Positions 12,767 through 24,905 of a stretch of 64,000 bases of DNA are shown in pieces. Where the stretch lies: NCBI RefSeq assembly GCF_018977255.1, contig NW_024704743.1, positions 90,088,001-90,152,000 on the forward strand, read 5' to 3'. A program made the translations under genes and the position numbers. Every line of letters starts with the position of its first letter. Within the stretch, counting starts at the first letter, position 1. The notes below the pieces were generated by a model that had not been told where the DNA came from, did no database searches, and was given only the letters and a program-made list of their open reading frames with translations. The DNA comes from Callorhinchus milii. Taxonomy: Eukaryota.

Positions 12767-14515
12767 ATGTTATCTGGTCAACCCTTGTGGGATATAAATT
12801 GCAACCCATCGGGCTTCATCATCTTTCCTCTATCAGTGTGTACTGAACTGTACACGTTATTCTCAAACATCTCCTAAAAACACAATGGTCTGATACTGCA
12901 GACAAAGCTATTATGGGTCTATTGGTTTGTACAATTTACATGTGACTAAAGGCACGTTTGGCCCACATGTGAACACATTCACACAGATGAGTTATACATT
13001 ATTTTAATTATATAGTTAACTCAATCAGAAGAAGAATTGGTGAATTACATTATTAATGAATCTTTCTCCTCTGTTGTTGGTTATATAATTCTGTAAATTT
13101 GTGTTTACACAACTCACATAATACACCTGCCAAGTGTCAAGGGAATGGATTCTAAACCTCAAATTACTGAAAACACAGTAAATGCCTTGCAGTTTCTTTG
13201 CATAATTTGTTCCAATTCAATATTTAAAACAATGTTTCTTACCATCCAAAACTGACTACTTCACAACAACTAATTACATTGTATAGCAGCTTTCGGGTTG
13301 GGAGGACATCCCACGCTGCTGGGACATCCTCCCAACATGAGAGGTAGCCAGTGAGAAATGGAGCTCAGTAAAACTCGCTAAATAGCACAAACAAATTTGT
13401 ACTGTACAAAACAAACCACTGTAGTGAGTGAGTTGTGAGGATATTGTCCTATCTAGGATTTTACATGCATGTGAAAACTGCTTGGACTTCATCTTGTGGT
13501 TTATAATATTACCTGTGTAATTCGCTAAAATGATGGTCGAGTAATGTACTCCCCAGTAGCCGTTATTCACTACATAATAGTAATTGTCTCATACACTTAA
13601 AATAACATATTGTATATTTATTTACACATTGGTTGTCCTGGGAAATGTACTGCTTGGAGGGCTACAGGATTAATCCCAGAACTGAGGGGCAGAGCTATGG
13701 GGAAATATTAATCACCCTTTCTTAGAGCTTTCTCTATTGAAAAGAGAAGTTTGAGAGAGATTTAAATCTAAAATTATTAAGGGTTTAGAAAATTGGAACG
13801 CAAATAAGGTTTTAATTCCTTGTTTTGAAGTGACTCTTGTCTCAAGGACAGATAAAGTTGCTGCATTGGCTGCAAAAATACTGATGATTTTTAACCAGTG
13901 AATAAACATTTTGAAAACAGTTGTTCCAAATTAGGTGATGGTTTGGGAACAGGGAGGCAGAAGAGGAAAAGAAGACAAAAAGATTTGAACTGGGTAGAAC
14001 CCGAGAAAAAAAGCACAAATCAAGTTAGGAATTTTTAAAAAGTGCAATGACAAAGCAAATAAAACAAAAAGAAATGACAACAGGCTGAGCACAAGCAAAG
14101 GGCTTACATTTTTTAAGTTTAAAAATTGTCTTGCTTGAGCAAAGAACCCAAATAAGGTAGACTTCAGCCTGTAATAAACCTGTAATTTATTATAATTTAC
14201 ACTGTGGTGTCAAATAACTGCAGAATTGTGTTCTACGGTTCAGAGAAAGGTAAAGCAGATTAATCTTCCACCATTTTATGCCATCTTAAATTTTAAGACA
14301 TAATAGTCTAATAGGCTTTTAGTGCCTAAAGACATGAGAATCGCAAAACAGTGCTGGTGCAATCATTTACATTGGAAGGCAAAGAAGGTTGACCATCCAT
14401 CAATGTTCACTGATATATTTACTGGCCAGCATATGGTATTAATAGCAAGGCAATTTTTACCCTCAGTGCCAACACTTGAACTGCATTTGAACTGATATGC
14501 CCAGTACCACAGGTT

Positions 14516-15967
14516 AACAACAACAACAAAATTACATTTGTGTAGCGCCTTTCATGTCGGGAGGACGTCCCAAGGCGCTGGACAAACAGAGTTATAGACC
14601 CAAGCTGGGGGTCGTAGTGGGGGAGAGTGGAGGGCAGGGGGGGAAGCAGGGACATTGAAAGCATGGTCAAAGAGGAAGGTCTTGAGGTGGGTCTTGAAGG
14701 TGGCGAGGGAGGGGGCGAGACGGAGGGACTGGGGGATGGAGTTCCAGAGGGTGGGGGCAGAGTGGCAGAAGGCCCACCTACCATTAGTGGGGAGAGTAAG
14801 GTGGTGGACGTGAAGCAGGCCGGAGCCCGCTGAGTGGAGGGAGCGAACAGGGTGGTAGGGGGTTAGGAGGTCGGAGAGGTAGGAGGGAGCAAGACCGTGC
14901 AGGGTTTTGAAAGTGAGGATCTTGAACTGTATCCTCTGTGTGATGGGAAGCCAGTGGAGTTGGGCAAGGATGGGGGTGATAGGGTCGCGGAGCCTAGTGC
15001 AGGAGAGGATAAGGGCTGCAGAGTTCTGGCTGATCTGCAGCCTGTGGAGGGAGGAGTTGGGGAGGCCAACAAGCAGTGAGTTTGCATAGTCGAGTGTTGA
15101 TGTAAATGAAGGTGTGTATGAAGGTTTCGCTGGCCTGTGGTGTGAGACAGTGTCGGAGCTGAGTGACGTTGCGGAGGTGGGGGAAGGCAGAGCGGGTCAT
15201 GGCGCAGATGTGAGGTAGAAAGGATAGTTGAGGGTCAAACAAGACCCCAAGGTTCCGGACTGGCTTAGCAAGGTGGAGTGTGTATCCATGGATGGTGATG
15301 CTGGCAGCGCCTGAAGGACAGAGCCGATCAAGGACAGCGCCGTGGAGGTTGAGGTGAGAGGAGAGGTGGTGGATGAGGATAGAGTGGTCAAAGGTGTCAA
15401 AAGCAGCAGAGAGGTCAAGGAGGATGAGGAAGCAGAGGGAGCCCTGGTCGCAGATGGACAGAAGGTCATTTGTCACTTTGCCCAGGGCTGTTTCTGTGCT
15501 GTGGGCGACACGGAAACCCGATTGGAGGGGTTTGAGAAGGAAGTGGCAGGAGAAGAAGGAGCGAAGCTGAGAAGCAACAACTTGTTCCAGGACCTTGGAG
15601 AGGAAGGGGAGGTTGGAGATGGGGCGATAGTTAAAGAGTAGAGAAGGGTCCAGGGAGGGGTTTTTAAGCAGTGAGGGCAGCATTTTTTAATGGGGTGGGA
15701 ACAGTACTAGAGGACAGGGAGAGGTTAACAATGTCAGTGAGTAGAGGGGCAAGGAGATGGAGCTGGGAGGTAAGGAGCGGGGTAGGGATGGGGTCGAGGG
15801 AGCAGGTGGGAGGTTTCATACGTGTTTTGGTGGTGATGAGAGGAGGAGGAGACAAGATCAAAGGTGTGGAGGGAGGGATGGGAAGGGGCCGGGGTGGGAG
15901 GAGGAGATAGGGAGGGGGTAGCAGATGCAATGGCAGAGGCAGCTGAGTGAATTCTCTCAACTTTGGA
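14516..15967 (-). mobile_element. L2 LINE, 5'-truncated with internal deletions; ORF2 reverse-transcriptase remnants
   Basis: ORF 14994..15683 reads NYRPISNLPFLSKVLE, QSGFRVAHSTETAL, LLDLSAAFDT, VRNLGVLFD; (TTG)n tail. Confidence 0.95.
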
Positions 15968-16355
15968 TTCAAGGAGGTCCAACATCGCCTGAATTTTAAG
16001 CATAAAATTTGAGTTATTTTGTCCAGGTGGACTAATTGGCTGAGTGTTACTTTACAGGATAAAGGGAAAATAATAATCCTTACTTTTGGTGTTGTGCCTT
16101 TCTGGTCAGTAGGAAAGCTCAAAGCATTTTTGAGGATATATTGTGAAGTGCAGTGACTGTGTGTTTTGTGAGGAAAGAATAAGATTCCTTGGTGATGAGC
16201 AAATGACTCCCTGTAGGTCAACAGTTTAAAACATGGACGAGAATTTATTTTAAATCTTGCCATTTTCATTTGAAAGTGAATTATTTCTAATATGGAGAAT
16301 ATATCAGCATGAAAAGATATTTCAAACAAACTAAATAAGGCAAGTTACATTCTAT

Positions 16356-17894
16356 GGGTAAAATTTGCGGTATTCCTTATTGAACACTAAACCAGCAGGT
16401 GGCAGCACACCCCTCCAAATAAATGCTTTCAGGTCCCAGCATCTGCCTTTTATCAAATCTAAGGAGGACAATGTTGGTTATGCATTTTCTAGTCTTACCC
16501 CTTGGGCTCTAATTTAGTGTTTTTTGTTAGTCGTCATCATCATCCCATCCCCACACCCCAACCCAAGTTAATCTACAAAATTCATCTTCTCCACCAACAA
16601 AACTTCACTTGATTGATTGTTGTGTTGAATTCTGGCCAAGTGCAGCTTTCAGCCCTTCTCAGTAGGACAACACTGGAAAAGTGATATCCAATGGAGACAA
16701 TAAACAACAAAAACAAAACTGCATTTATAGAGCGCCTTTCACGTCGGGAGGACATCCCAAAGCGCTGAACAGTCAGATGTCGGAGCCCGAGCATGGGGGA
16801 GGGGTGGTGTAGGGGTGAGGGAAGGCAGAGAGGTGGGAGGGAGACCAAAGGCACAGTCGAAGAGAAGGGTCTTGAAACGTGTCTTGAAGGAGGCACGGGA
16901 GGAAGTGAGGCGAAAGGACCGTGGGATGGAGTTCCAGAGTGTGGGGTCAGAGAGTCTGAAAGCCCGGCCACCGATGGTAGGGCGGGTCGGGCGGGAGACA
17001 TGGAGCAGGCTGGAGCCCGCTGAACGGAGGGAGCGGGCAGGTTGGTAGGGAGTCAGCAGGTCAGAGAGGTAGGAGGAGACAAGGTCATGGTAAGCCTTAA
17101 AGGTGAGGACGAGGATCTTGAACTCGATCCTCTGGGGGATGAGGAGCCAGTGGAGTCCGGCGAGGGTGGGAGTGATGGGGTCACGGAGCCTGGTGCGTGA
17201 GAGTGCACAAGCTGCAGAGTTTTGGATGATCTGCAGCTTGTGAGGGAAAAGTTCGGAAGGATGAGGAGGGAGTTCCTGCAGTCAAGGCTTGAGGTGACGA
17301 ATGCGTGGGTGAGGGTTTCGGCAGCCTGAGAGGTGAGGCAGTGGCGGAGTCTGGCAATGTTGCGGAGGTGGTAGTAGGCAGTGCCGGTCATGGCACGGAT
17401 GTGGGGGAGAAGGGACAGTTCAGGGTCAAACAAGACACCCAGGTTCCTGACTGGCTTAGTGAGGTTGAGTGTACAGCCGTGGAGACTGATGCTGCCAGCG
17501 CCTGAGGTGCAGAGGCACTGGCGCGAGCCAATCAGGAGGGCCTCGGTCTCTTGCTGACGTTGAGTTGGAGAAAGTTAGCCCTCGTCTAGGACTTGATGTC
17601 GGACAGGCAGTTGGTCAGGACCTCAGTAGTCCTGGAGTTCAGGGTGGAGGCAGAGAGGTAGAGTTGAGTGTCATCCGCATACATGTGGAAATTTACCCCA
17701 TGTCTGCAGATGATGTCACCAAATGCATGCACACGGACTTGAACTGTACAAAATAAAAGTCATCCACTATACTTTGGAATAACAATGACAAGCGCTTAGA
17801 ACCTGAAAAGAAAGAAACCACTAATTTGGGTTTGTGCTGCCACCTGGTGGTTTTACACTGGCGATATATAAGGAACACTGCAAATTTTAGCCCC
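16356..17894. mobile_element. Putative non-autonomous DNA element (MITE-like) with ~55-65 bp imperfect terminal inverted repeats, interrupted by an L2
   Basis: Left end gggtaaaatttgcggtattccttat...aaaccagcaggtggcagcacaccc (16356-16411). The reverse complement of the right end (17828-17894) reads ggggctaaaatttgcagtgttccttat...aaaccaccaggtggcagcacaaaccc. Confidence 0.6.
16697..17722 (-). mobile_element. L2 LINE 3' fragment (~1 kb)
   Basis: ORF 17053..17433 (FDPELS...AYYHLRNIARLR...AETLTHAFVTSSLD); YADD-encoding gtcatccgcatac at about 17670; L2 tail. Confidence 0.93.
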
Positions 17895-18189
17895 ACATCT
17901 GAACATTGTGCCAAGAGACTGGAGAGTGGCTAATGTTACCCCACTCTACAAAAAGGGGCAGAAAGACAAACCCGGAAATTACAGGTCAGTCAGCCTAACT
18001 TCGGTCATAGGAAAACTACTGGAGACCATAATCCGGGACAGAATACATCTCTATTTAGAGGAACATGAGGTAATTAGAGACAGCCTACATGGATTTGTTA
18101 AAGGCAAATCTTGCCTAACAAATCTAATAGAATTTTGTGAAGAGGTGATTGCGAGGGTTGATGAGGGAAATACGGTGAACGCTATTTAC

Positions 18190-18511
18190 TCGTGGAGTCC
18201 TATAGCTCAGTGGTAAGACCACTCGCTTTGCAAGCAAGAGACCTGAGTTCAATTCCAGGCAGGGTGAAACCTTGGGCAAGTTTCCTTACTCCACATGCCT
18301 AATAATAATCCCTCCAAAAAACCAAAAACAATAATAAAATTGGTCATTTTTAATCTACGACTGTTTGTGGGACATTGCTGTGCGCAATTGGCTGCCGCGT
18401 TCGCCCACAAATACACAGTCAATACACTTTACAGTGTGTTCTGTGAAGCGCTTTGGGACGTCCTCCTCACATGAAAAGCGCTATATCAAATGCAAGGATT
18501 GTTATTATTAT
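18190..18511 (+). mobile_element. Full-length tRNA-Ala-derived SINE nested in CR1, TSD TATTTAC
   Basis: A box tagctcagtgg and B box gttcaattcc; TSD at 18183-18189 and 18512-18518; excision restores CR1 NAIYMDF. Confidence 0.93.
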
Positions 18512-19214
18512 TATTTACATGGATTTCAAAAAGGCTTTTGACACAGTACCGCATAAGAGATTAATAAAAAAATTAGAGGCCCACGGTATTAAGGGGACAG
18601 TGGCAGTTTGGATTAAGAACCGGCTGAGTGACAGAAAGCAGAGGGTGGTGGTTAATGAGTGTTTCTCGAAATGGAAGGAGGTGTGCAGCGGTGTCCCCCA
18701 GGGATCGGTATTGGGACCACTGCTCTTTCTAATATATATTAATGATCTGGACTTGGGCATAGAGAGCACTATTTCCAAATTTGCAGATGATACAAAGTTA
18801 GGTAGGGTAGTAAATAGTGAGGAAGACTGTAACCAACTACAAGCAGACATACACAGAATGGTGGAATGGGCTGACATGTGGCAGATGGATTTCAATGTGG
18901 ATAAGTGTGAGGTGATACACTTGGGTAGGAAAAATGATAGGAGGCAATATAGACTTGGTAGCTCAATCTTAAGGGGGGTGAACGTACAGAGAGATCTGGG
19001 TGTTCAAGTAAGCGAATCATTAAAGGTAGCGGGGTAGTAAAAAAGGCATTTGGTGTACTGAGCTTTATTAGTAGGGGCATAGAGTATAAGAGTAGGGAGG
19101 TTATGGTTAATCTATACAAAACACTGGTTAGGCCTCAGCTGGGGTATTGCGTCCAGTTCTGGGCACCTTACTTCAGGAAGGACATTAAGGCACTGGAAAG
19201 GGTGCAGAGGAGAT

Positions 19215-19541
19215 AATAATAATAATAATAATAATCCTTGCATTTGATATAGCGCTTTTCACGTCAGGAGGACGTCCCAAAGCACTTCACAGAACACACT
19301 GTAAAGTGAATTGACTGTATATTTGTGGGCGAACGCGGCAGCCAATTGCGCACAGCAATGTCCCACAAAACAGTCGTAGATTGAAAATGACCAATTTATT
19401 TTTTGGGGGTTTTTGGAGGGATTATTATTAGGCGTGTGGAGTAAGGAAACTTGCCCAAGGTTTCGCCCTGACCTGCCTGGAATTGAACTCAGGTCTCTCG
19501 CTTGCAAAGCGAGTGCTCTAACCACTGAGCTACATGACTCC
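19215..19541 (-). mobile_element. Full-length tRNA-Ala-derived SINE nested in CR1, TSD GAGAT
   Basis: Head with anticodon arm CTCGC-TTTGCAA-GCGAG; GAGAT at 19210-19214 and 19550-19554; excision restores CR1 RVQRRFTRMIPG. Confidence 0.93.
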
Positions 19542-20069
19542 AAATTCACGAGATTCACGAGAATGATACCAGGAATGGGGAACCTTAGCTATGAGGACAG
19601 ACTGGAGAAGTTAGGACTTTTCCCAATAGAGCAGAGAAGGTTACAGTCTTAAGATATCTACCAAAAGAAGCAGAGGGGAGGTTAGAAGAAATTTTTTCAC
19701 TTAGCGAGTTGTTCAAATTTGGAATGATCTGCCTGAAAGGGTCGTGAAGTCCGATTCGATAACAGCTTTTAAGAGAGAACTGGATAGATATCTGGGGAAG
19801 ACAGGTTTGCAGGTTTATGGGGAGAAAGCTGGTGATTGGGGTTAGTGAAAGTGACTTGCCCTGTCAAAGAGCCAGCATAGACTTGATGGGCCGAATGGCC
19901 TCCTTCTGTGCCGTAACATTCTATGAATCTATGAAAAAAAACATTAACGGCTTGAAAACTTTTGTACTCATTTACTATTTACAGGTTCATGCATGAGAAT
20001 AGGAGAATATTATGGACATAAGCACTTGTGTGTGGTCTATGTGTGTGTGTGTGCATGTATGTATGTTAC

Positions 20070-20241
20070 CTCTCCTAAAAATTCACTTTCTTCCTCTCGA
20101 ACCCGAGCTTGGTCCCACAGGGTAATTTCCAACATTCTTTCCCGAAATTCTCTCCGATGAACTGGAGAATAAATAAACGTCTGATTCCACTTGGGTTCCA
20201 ATGTTTTCTTCACTGTTTTTGTCCTTCTTTTGCTTTTATCA
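20070..20241 (-). CDS. RIMS2: RIMS2 exon, C2A (172 nt): (S)DKSKRRTKTVKKTLEPKWNQTFIYSPVHRREFRERMLEITLWDQARVREEESEFLGE
   Basis: cttgtcag|T ... GAG|gtaaca; phase 2 to 0; in ORF 20037..20252. Confidence 0.97.
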
Positions 20242-21399
20242 CTGACAAGCAATCAAGGAACATAGGTTAGTGCTGCAGATATAACTTTTAACGACAACTT
20301 GCATTTATATAGTGTTCTTCATCTAGGGTGCCATCTCGGAGTGCTTCACAGGGATGGAATTGGACACCAAGCAAAGGAGGGAGGGGAAAGCTAAACCAGG
20401 AGTAGCATGTCTTCACTGCTGTGTTTTTGCTTACCCTCTGGCACTTCTAAAATGTTAACTCACTTCTGTTTCACACTGGAGGTACAACTAAACCAAGTCT
20501 CGTCCAGATGTGATGTCCAGAAATACACACTCACTTTGTAGCAGGGGTTGCCTACTATAGTGATAAGAAGCAGAACTCAGCCTGATCTTTTTCTTTCAGC
20601 AAGAAAATATTTCTGAAGGCGCACAACTATGTCTAATTAATATATGTGTAAAATGTCTGGACAGTTGCTCACAGGACACTCACAAAGTGACCCTGGATTG
20701 CATTCATACAAGAGTATCCTCATTGAGACTTCAACATACCATTGTCACCTAACAAGCATTCCTAGTTCAGGTACAGTAAGGTTCGATGTAGTCAAAGCTC
20801 CTTCCACTATGCCCTAATCTCAGAACAGCACCCATGCTGTAACAGTGTTAAACCAGTTATATTTGGGGTTCCCATGTGTGTAAAGGTTATTTCATTTTAG
20901 TTCTATTAAAATCAACAAAAAAGATAAGAAAAACACCTTCCCCGGCATAACTTAGTTAGTGTCCAATACAGTGGGACTACAGTGGACCTTTGAGAATATA
21001 GTTCTTCCAAAATAAATGTTATAACCTCTTTAAAATACACCTTATAGATAGAGGGTACAATGAGATACAACTCGTTTAACCTAATAACTCAGAAGTAGAA
21101 AATTGCAAGGGATTTACAGTCATCATTAAAGAAATATATAAATACATCATAGATCCAGATTGTGCATTCTGTATTTTTTTTATGGGGTAAGATACAATTC
21201 CCTTTATTTTGTTCCCAATATTGCTAGTGGCTTGACTATGCACTATCTTCAGGTAAGATTGCAAGTATCTGACCTATTCCTGGACTTCTGACTTTGCAAT
21301 TCTGTGCACAGATAGATTAAACGTAATAGTCTATTAATAATATCATCTCTGACTTTCTAGGTCCCATAGCAGCATGCTGGGGTCTGACCTGCCCCCTTG

Positions 21400-21900
21400 T
21401 GTCATGCCAACTATAAGTCGATGCAGTATATCAGGTCTGGTACAGAGCACTGTAGAACTTCAACATGATTTTGGGGGATTTGGATTCCACTGTTTTGGCA
21501 ATGTAACCCAGCATCCTGTTCAATCTGTTTATTGCTGCTGATCACTGTGTGAACAATTTTTATTTTTACAAGATATAGGGATTAGGGGATATGGGGTTAG
21601 GGCAGGTAATTAGAGTTAGGTCAGAAGATCAGCCATGATCTTATCGAATGGCGGGGTAGGCTCAAGGGGCCGAATGGCCTACTCTTGCTCCTAATTCTTA
21701 TGTTCTTATGTTCTTATATTGAACACAAGCCAAATAAAACCCCAAGGTCTCTTTCAGCCTCTTCCTTGATAAGCTCTATCACATTCATGTAGTAGATGCG
21801 CCTTTTATTTTGACTGCCAATATGGATACTTTCCATCTACCTGCATTGAACTTCATTTGTCAGTAATTATCCCAGGGACATTATCCTGCATTTATATGCT
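21400..21900. mobile_element. Old minus-strand CR1 fragment containing a younger plus-strand CR1 3' tail (about 21568-21718)
   Basis: Insert reads gatcagccatgatcttatcgaatggcgg...ggccgaatggcctactcttgctcctaattcttatgttcttatgttctta; the flanks have CR1-like cctgcattgaacttcatttg. Confidence 0.7.
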
Positions 21901-23064
21901 CTCAGCTATGATCTTGGATTCCACAGTATCCCTAAGCTAAGTGTCAACTGTCTTTTCACTGAGTCAGAAATTCTGCATTTTTTTTTAAGAACAGGACAGA
22001 ACAGCAGACCTCTCTGACAACCCCAATATCTCCCCAACTTCTCTTTGGCTTTCCTTCTACATCTTATATCCAATTATTTAACGTTTCACCAAGTGACCGA
22101 CCGGGTGGTTTCAGGCCCAGTTAGCCCACTTGTTAAACCTTAATTTTGGGTTTGGTTAAAGTGAAAATGTCACCCTCCACTCCTTCAACATCACCTTGGT
22201 AACTTATTGCTGGGAAATAAATATTCAACAACAAAAAACCTTAAGAAGCCACTTCAGGATCTAAAATTTACAAAACAAAAATCTGCTCACCTAAAAGTAA
22301 AAAATGGTGGGCACTGGATTCTTAAAAGGGAGAACCTTGGAAGGGTGTGTGACACCCAGTGGGCGATAGTTTATTCAAGTGAATGCTGAGGAATGCCACT
22401 TTGTAAGCTTTTTTTTAAAGAAAACAGCTGGCTCTATATAGCCACAATACATGAATGACCTCTTAAGATAATTCCTGCCTATTTAAATTCTGCAAGTTTG
22501 AATATGTCGGGGAACAAAAGTGCACTTACAATTGTATGCTTTTGGAAACAATTGAAGTTAAATATTTTCAGAGATTACAGCAGTGCCTTAGCCCAGTGTG
22601 CTGGTGTAAAACAACTGAGATTACATTAATTTCTCCAATTCCTCACACAGTGTGTTCCTCATCACAGACTATAGAGGAAATATTTTACCTTAGAGGGTGG
22701 GTTATATCTCTTAGCAAGCTGTAAAAAATAAGCATTGGTGAGGACTATGATTGCTTTAGGGGCCAATTTCTTATTGTGGGAAAGATGCATCGTAATTTTC
22801 TTTTAGGTCAGCTGGGTGTCTGACACATGCACCCAAGTATCCCAAAAAAGGCAGAGTTTTGCCCTTGTATGTGACCTACACATGGAAATTTTCCTTTGCT
22901 TGGAATGGACTGATTACTTGGAGGGATGCACCTTGTTTTACCTCAGATGCATAAAGTGAGATATTCAATGAATAAACTAGACACAAATCTGAAAAATGGA
23001 TATAAAGGAGGTAGAAGGCAAGTTGTAGAGATTTCCAGTGGAAGTTGTGCTTCAAATAACCTAC

Positions 23065-23195
23065 CTTCTGTCTGGAAGAAAGTAAATTTTGACATATGGA
23101 TTCCTTGGCCTCCCCTCTTCCCTGAAAGGTAGGTCTTTTGCTCCAAGGATTGTTACAATAAGTTGGTGGCCAACTTTGTCGTACCAAAGTTTAAT
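23065..23195 (-). CDS. RIMS2: RIMS2 exon, C2A start (131 nt): IKLWYDKVGHQLIVTILGAKDLPFREEGRPRNPYVKIYFLPDR(S)
   Basis: ttcaacag|ATT ... AAG|gtaggt; phase 0 to 2. Confidence 0.96.
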
Positions 23196-24714
23196 CTGTT
23201 GAAAGAGTAAATGATTCTATGATAAACGTACTTATTAGACAAGTCTGAGAAGCTTTGAAACTCAACACTCTTTCATTCACTTTCTAGGCTAAAACTATCA
23301 CACTTCATTGCAGCTCATCTGCGTAACTTCCATTAGCTCCGTGAGTGTGGGCACTGGTGTGTGGCCTCTGTAAAGTACTTAATATTGTTAGTGTCATGTC
23401 ATGTACATGGAATTATAAAAGCATTCAATCAGTCTAAAATGTGTTTCAAGTGATAGCCTACAAGACAATACACTAGCCAGTGATAATTCAAAGCTATCAA
23501 TAAAACATCAAGCAGAACTATACTAGAACCTTAAATTGCAGATGTAATTAAACTCTTGTAGTACTCTCATCTGAAGGGTAAATAGTCTAACTTCATTTTG
23601 GTTGGATTCAACTGCAGGGAGCGGGCTAATAGATAACAATACACAGAGCCACACGGAACAACTCTTTTATTTACTAAAGATATCAGACAAAGGGACACAG
23701 ATTAATAAACAGATGACAAATTAGACAATAAAATGGACACCCTTTCCTGGTCTCAACAATCTGGAGGTCGCTAGATCTTTACTGCTTTGAGACTGAATCA
23801 ATTGTGTAATACAAGTTTCAAAATTAACAAAAATGTTGAAAACCTGCCTGGGGTATGTCTTTAAGTTGCTTCATTACAGGTGTAAATTCTCTCTCTCACT
23901 TAGTTGCACACCGTTGTTGTCTCAATGTGCTTTTCCTCAGGCTCCTTTGCTCTTTCATTTACTGATTCTATGCACATGCTCTCACTTTTTTTTATTGCAT
24001 GTAATTGCTTTCACTCATTTTCTCACTCTTCTCCAGCTTTTTTTTCCCATTCACGCTCTTCTAAATTTTCTCTCTCATTCTTCTTTCTAGATTTTCTTTC
24101 CCTTACTCTCTTTTCCATCTTTTCTCTCTCACTCACTGTTTTCTAGATGATCAATTTCGACTGTACTAAGTTTTATCATATTGGGGAACTCAGAGTTGAG
24201 ACAAAGAACTCAAAACTACAAACTTAGTTAGGAATAGGATGAATACACAACTTCTCAAACATGCAGTAAAGCAAGGAAGCATTCTGTAAAATTTGCAAAT
24301 GAGGTTTTAACAAAACAGCATATTGGTAGTCTAAGACTTTGAAGGGAATAGGAATGATATCTAAACTGAAACTCCAGTACGTTAGCAAACAAATTGTACC
24401 TAAATACTTCTTGCAACCGCCTTTATCCAGAAACTACTCACAGTTCTGTTGGACCCTTTAACTATATCACAGTAAGATTACTAAAGATTTCTGTTTTCCA
24501 AAAATGTCATTTCTGTCAAGCTCTGCTTTGGCTGAGTTGTTCCCATGAGAATTGGTACAAGTTATGCTGAAGTTCTTCCCAGGTGCTTCCTCCTAAAACG
24601 GCAGCAATTTTCTCACTGCCAGTGAAATTGCACTGGAATGAAATATGTGATGTGTGATGTGATAATTATCATGTTGCTGCTGTTTGCGGTTGAAAGACTT
24701 TGAGATCTGTTAAT

Positions 24715-24905
24715 ATCCAGGCTTTCTGCTCTTCTGCCCCAGCCTCTCCCTCCACTCTGCAACCTGCTTCATGTCCCCTGACCAACCTACCCAGTTTTCA
24801 GCCATTCTGCCCCCGCTCTGTGGAACTCCATCCTGGAGTCCCCTCCACCTTGTCTCCCTTCCTTGTGAAAGATGCTATATAAATTTAAATTTGTACTGTA
24901 TTGTA
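24715..24905 (+). mobile_element. Diverged L2 3' fragment
   Basis: ctctgtggaactccatcc and a gtgaaagatgctatataaat...tgtattgta tail. Confidence 0.6.

Larger units (their letters stand above)
17905..19935 (+). mobile_element. CR1 LINE 3' portion (RT domain to 3' UTR), split by two SINE insertions
   Basis: ORFs read PRDWRVANVTPLYKKG...HGFVKGKSCLTNL and YMDFKKAFDTVPH...GVPQGSVLGPLLF...KFADDTKL; tail gggccgaatggcct...ttctatgaatctatga. Confidence 0.96.

Noticed and set aside
15322..15342. REST/RE1-like GGACAGCGCC inside L2
   Set aside because: Only the right half-site is present; the TCAGCACC half is missing.
14994..19037. Reverse-transcriptase ORFs as a novel RT system or active elements
   Set aside because: They are ordinary truncated, frameshifted L2 and CR1 ORF2 remnants.
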